This document shows, piece after piece, positions 6,952 through 11,210 of a stretch of 11,210 nucleotides of DNA; position 1 is the stretch's first letter; the number at the start of each line of letters is the position of its first letter. This DNA is from Halodesulfurarchaeum sp. GTDB taxonomy: Archaea; Halobacteriota; Halobacteria; Halobacteriales; Halobacteriaceae. The notes below the pieces were generated by a model. The model did no database searches, was not told where the DNA came from, and saw only the letters and a program-made list of their open reading frames with translations. A program made the translations under genes and the position numbers. The stretch is taken from assembly GCA_042216015.1 (NCBI GenBank), contig JBDGUI010000033.1, positions 3,571 through 14,780 of the forward strand, in the 5' to 3' direction.

Positions 6952-8874
6952 TCAGTCGTCTGCGGAGACTGCGCCACTCACGCCGGTGCCCGGGCCCACG
7001 TCGATGCCCAGTTCGTCGAGCTTTTCGTCGGGAACCACGCCGTCCTCCCAGCCGCGAACGTCGTAGTACTCCTCCTTGAGGAGGTCCATCTCGACCAGTT
7101 CGCCCTCGGCGGCGCCCTGGCCGGGGATTCCCTCCTCGCCCTCCTCGAGGAAGCGGTCCGGGAGCGTGTCGTCCTCGCCGTCGAAGCCGTTGAGGTTGTT
7201 GAAGTACCGCTCGAGCGTGTAGATGCGCTCGCCGGCCTCCGTGAGTTCGTCCTCCGTGACGTCCCGCCCGGTCATGCCGTTGTACTGGGCGGTGTACTCC
7301 TCGATGCCCTCGGCGAAGGCGCTGAACTTGCAGATGTCAAAGGAGTCAGAGACCGCATGGAGGTCCTGGAACACCGCGAGCAGCTCGCCCTTGCCCTCCC
7401 ACTCCGTCGGGTCGACCTTCTCCGGGATGCCGAGCACCTCGGCGGCCGGGGTGTACCCGCGCAGGTGACACGCACCGCGGTTCGAGGTGGCATAGCCGAT
7501 CGCCATGCCCTTCATGCCCCGCGGGTCGTAGGCCGGAATCGTCTGGTTCTTGACGTCGAGCCGGGTGTCCTCGGCGTCGAACGTCTCAGCAGCGCCGGCC
7601 GCGCCCTCGCCGAGTGCCTCGCTCAGGTCGTCCTCGCGGCGCCCGATGCGCTCGATGAGGCCGATCATCTGGTCGGCGTCGCCCCAGTCGATACCATCCT
7701 CGATGTAGCCCTTCTCGTCCATCTCCATGGCCATCGCGATGATGTTCCCGGTCTCGATGGCGTCGATGCCCATCTTGTTGCACCGGTCGATCATGATGGC
7801 CAGCTTCTCCACGTCGTCGTTCATGGAGTTCGGCCCGAAGGTGAACGCGGGCTCGTACTCCAGGGACTCCATCCGGACGTCGACCTGCTCGCCGTCGACG
7901 GTGGTGCTGACCTCGACCTCCTTCTTGCAGGCGACCGGACAGGAGTGACAGGTCGGCTCGTCCACCAGGATGTTCTCGCGGACGTACTCCCCGGAGACGT
8001 TCTCGGCGTCGATGTTCGGCTCCTCGGGTTCGGTCTCCCGCTCGGCCCGGGTCGAGGTGTACTTGCCGTTGCGGGTCGGCAGGGCGTCGATCTCCTCGGT
8101 GAGGTTCATCAGGACGTTCGTCCCGTACACCGAGAGCCCGCCCTCGTTCGGCGCGGTGACGTCTGACTCCCGGACCACCGACATCGCCTCGGAGGTCCCC
8201 TCACCGAACTGCTCGGGGTTCGCGGGCTCGGGCATGTCCGTCGTGGCCTTCACCATCACGGCCTTGAGGTTCTTCGCGCCCATCACGCAGCCGGTCCCGC
8301 CGCGCCCGCTCGCGCGGTCGTCCTCGTTCATGATGCAGGCGTACTTCACGCCGTTCTCCCCACCTGGGCCGATGCCCATGTAGCTCAGGTTCTTGCCGTA
8401 CTGTCCCTCGACTTCCTCCTCGAGGGCCTCGCGGGCCTCGTGGGTCGTCATGCCCCAGAGGTGGGAGGCATCCCGGAGTTCGACCTCGCCGTCCTCCACG
8501 ACGGCATAGACCGGTTCGTCGGCCTCGCCCTCGAAGACCAGGCCGTCCAGCCCCGACCACTTCAGCCGGGCGCCACTCCAGCCCCCGTGGTGGGAATCGG
8601 TAACGGTCCCGGTGAGCGGGGACTTCGTGACGACGGCGATTCGACCGGACATGACCGCCCGCGAGCCCGTCAGTGGACCGGTCATGAACGTGAGGATGTT
8701 CTCCGGTCCCGTCGGGTCCACGTCGGGCCCGTTGTCGAAGACGTATTTGACACCCAGGCCCCGCGCCCCGATGTACTTCTTGGCGTCCTCGTCCGGGATT
8801 GGCTCGTACTCGGTCTCGCCCGCGCTCAGGTCGACGCGGGCGACACAGTCATTAAATCCGCCGAGTTCTGTCAT
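6952..8874 (-). CDS. aor: aldehyde:ferredoxin oxidoreductase family tungstopterin/4Fe-4S enzyme
   Basis: 640 aa from ATG 8874, with GGAGG at 8885-8881. Motifs 'YIGARGLG', 'KSPLTG...S..GG', 'GRGGTGCVMGAKNLKA', Fe-S ligands 'CHSCPVAC' and 'NRGACHL', active-site 'EYE', 'YDPRG', 'YYDVRGW..GV'. Confidence 0.94.
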   Translation of the reverse strand: MTELGGFNDCVARVDLSAGETEYEPIPDEDAKKYIGARGLGVKYVFDNGPDVDPTGPENILTFMTGPLTGSRAVMSGRIAVVTKSPLTGTVTDSHHGGWSGARLKWSGLDGLVFEGEADEPVYAVVEDGEVELRDASHLWGMTTHEAREALEEEVEGQYGKNLSYMGIGPGGENGVKYACIMNEDDRASGRGGTGCVMGAKNLKAVMVKATTDMPEPANPEQFGEGTSEAMSVVRESDVTAPNEGGLSVYGTNVLMNLTEEIDALPTRNGKYTSTRAERETEPEEPNIDAENVSGEYVRENILVDEPTCHSCPVACKKEVEVSTTVDGEQVDVRMESLEYEPAFTFGPNSMNDDVEKLAIMIDRCNKMGIDAIETGNIIAMAMEMDEKGYIEDGIDWGDADQMIGLIERIGRREDDLSEALGEGAAGAAETFDAEDTRLDVKNQTIPAYDPRGMKGMAIGYATSNRGACHLRGYTPAAEVLGIPEKVDPTEWEGKGELLAVFQDLHAVSDSFDICKFSAFAEGIEEYTAQYNGMTGRDVTEDELTEAGERIYTLERYFNNLNGFDGEDDTLPDRFLEEGEEGIPGQGAAEGELVEMDLLKEEYYDVRGWEDGVVPDEKLDELGIDVGPGTGVSGAVSADD

Positions 8875-8926
8875 AAGTAACCTCCATCGTTTGTGTAGGG
8901 GCGGAGAGGGGGTAGTTTTTGGCGTC

Positions 8927-8951
8927 GTTACGTAACCATTATCAGTTACGT
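8927..8951. promoter_or_regulatory. compound palindrome, candidate operator in the divergent aor/raSEA intergenic region
   Basis: Perfect palindrome GTTACGTAAC (8927-8936) overlapping the inverted repeat ACGTAAC-N8-GTTACGT (8930-8951), in an AT-rich patch. Confidence 0.5.
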
Positions 8952-8997
8952 TCGCGGAGCGACGCCGATTTACGCCCCGCTCCCCTCGATCCGATAC

Positions 8998-10065
<1,068 letters not shown>

Positions 10066-10126
10066 GCCGTACCGGGCGTCTTCTCGGGAGGATCGGGTGG
10101 TTCGACTCGGTTCGAGAGAACAGCGG

Positions 10127-10819
10127 TTAGGGGGCGACGGTCGCCCGGGCGAATCCCGAGAGGATGCCCCGGCCGTCCGTCGGCCCGATGTCCGCGAGTG
10201 CGACCCGCTCCGGATGGGGCATCAACACGGCCACGTTCTCTGCCTCCCCCAGAATCCCGGCCACGTTGTCCGTCGAGCCGTTGGGATTTGCGTCCTCGGT
10301 GATCTCGCCCTCCGGGGTCGCGTAGCGGAAGAGCACCCGGTCTGCGGCCCGCAGTTCGGCCAGTTTCTCCTCGGTGATCTCGAAGCGCCCCTCGCCGTGA
10401 GCGATCGGGAGTTCGAGCACCTGTCCCTCCTCGTAGGCCGCCGTCCAGCGGGTCTCGCTATTTTCGACCCTGACGTGGACGTGCTCGCACTGGAAGCGAG
10501 CGCTCTCGTTCGTGGTGAAGGCACCCGGGGTCAAACTCGCCTCACAGCCCATCTGTGCCCCGTTACAGATGCCAAGCACCGGCAGGCCCTCCTCGGCCAG
10601 TTCCTTCACGTCGGCCATGATCGGCGCCCGGGCGGCCATCGCGCCAGCCCGCAGGTAATCGCCGTAGGAGAAGCCGCCGGGGAGCATCACGCCGGTGGTG
10701 TCCGCGGGGAGGCCATCCTCGTGCCAGACGATCTCGTTCTCGATGCCGAGTGAATCCAGGGCGCGGGCGGCGTCCCGGTCGCAGTTCGAGCCGCCGAAGC
10801 GGACGATCGCGACGGTCAT
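10127..10819 (-). CDS. purQ: phosphoribosylformylglycinamidine synthase glutaminase subunit PurQ
   Basis: 'FGGSNCDRD', 'PGGFSYGDYLRAG', catalytic 'GICNG', 'PIAHGEG', 'NPNGS', 'MPHPER'. Confidence 0.97.
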   Translation of the reverse strand: MTVAIVRFGGSNCDRDAARALDSLGIENEIVWHEDGLPADTTGVMLPGGFSYGDYLRAGAMAARAPIMADVKELAEEGLPVLGICNGAQMGCEASLTPGAFTTNESARFQCEHVHVRVENSETRWTAAYEEGQVLELPIAHGEGRFEITEEKLAELRAADRVLFRYATPEGEITEDANPNGSTDNVAGILGEAENVAVLMPHPERVALADIGPTDGRGILSGFARATVAP

Positions 10820-11067
10820 CGCTCCGTGACCGAGACGGTGTAGTCGTGAATCGTCGGGTTGGCGAGGAGCCGTTCGGCCATCTCGGTCGCCCGCTCTTCG
10901 GCCGCCTCGGCGTCCGTGGCCTCCAGATCGATCTCGAAGTGGTCGGCCGAGCGGAGGTCATCGAGTTCGAAGCCCAGCCGCTCGAGGGCGCGCTGGGTCG
11001 TCGTCGCCTCCGGATCGAGTACGCCCTGTTTCAGGCGGACAGTCACCGTGGCGGTGTAGGCGCTCAT
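10816..11067 (-). CDS. purS: phosphoribosylformylglycinamidine synthase subunit PurS
   Basis: 83 aa from ATG 11067. 'V.LKQGVLDPE', 'ALERLGF', 'MAERLLANPTIHDY'. 4-nt ATGA overlap with purQ. Confidence 0.95.
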   Translation of the reverse strand: MSAYTATVTVRLKQGVLDPEATTTQRALERLGFELDDLRSADHFEIDLEATDAEAAEERATEMAERLLANPTIHDYTVSVTER

Positions 11068-11090
11068 CGGGAGTACCTGCGCGATTGTGC

Positions 11091-11106
11091 TCAAAAACTC
11101 TTTTGG
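11091..11106 (-). promoter_or_regulatory. putative BRE/TATA promoter of purSQ
   Basis: The minus strand reads CCAAAAGAGTTTTTGA: an A-rich BRE-like segment followed by a T-rich box about 28 nt upstream of the purS ATG. Confidence 0.5.
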
Positions 11107-11138
11107 AAGGGCTGATCTATTCCACGTCCCTGAACATC

Positions 11139-11210
11139 CGGTCGGGTCGGCCGATGGGCCAAGTTCCGATACAATCGGTCGGGTCGGCCGATGGGCCAAG
11201 TTCCGATACA
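11139..11210. repeat. 37-bp-period tandem direct repeat, at least two copies, cut by the window end
   Basis: CGGTCGGGTCGGCCGATGGGCCAAGTTCCGATACA occurs identically at 11139-11173 and 11176-11210, separated by AT. Confidence 0.9.

Noticed and set aside
776..8166. Long antisense or alternate-frame ORFs (776..2014, 2804..3643, 3686..5080, 6003..6896, 6910..8166)
   Set aside because: They are shadows of real genes caused by high GC and codon bias, and contain no family motifs.
10066..10126. tRNA T-loop-like GGTTCGACTC (10099-10108) with GGTTCGA repeated at 10109-10115
   Set aside because: The 61-bp gap is too short for a tRNA and I could not build a T-stem or cloverleaf. No integrase is nearby to suggest an att site.
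10127..11067. purSQ without an adjacent purL
   Set aside because: Dispersed purine genes are normal in archaea, so this is not unusual.
11068..11199. 44-aa N-terminal extension of PurS
   Set aside because: It runs through the promoter-like region and the tandem repeat. PurS similarity begins at Met 11067.
11139..11210. Possible CRISPR array start
   Set aside because: The copies are separated by only 2 nt with no spacer, and no cas genes are visible.

Overview
GC-rich DNA encoding acidic proteins, typical of a halophilic archaeon (class Halobacteria). Gene order: NUDIX hydrolase (+), tgtA archaeosine tRNA-guanine transglycosylase (+), arcS archaeosine synthase (+), small membrane protein (+), a coupled three-gene unit (+) of a hypothetical protein, a SAMP3/MoaD-like ubiquitin-fold protein ending in GG and a second small protein also ending in GG, a possible small hypothetical gene (+), panB (-), a tungsten-type aldehyde:ferredoxin oxidoreductase (-), divergent radical SAM raSEA (+), and purQ-purS (-). 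Most notable: (1) the SAMP gene and the second GG-ending gene are in the same frame, separated only by one TAG, and resemble a split form of the fused Thermus MoaD-related protein, close to an AOR gene; (2) all three tRNA-level archaeosine genes lie in the window, flanking the SAMP/panB/AOR block; (3) there is a compound palindrome between aor and raSEA, a 37-bp tandem repeat at the right edge and a G-quadruplex-like tract at the left edge. All homology calls rest on motif recognition and recall, not on database searches.
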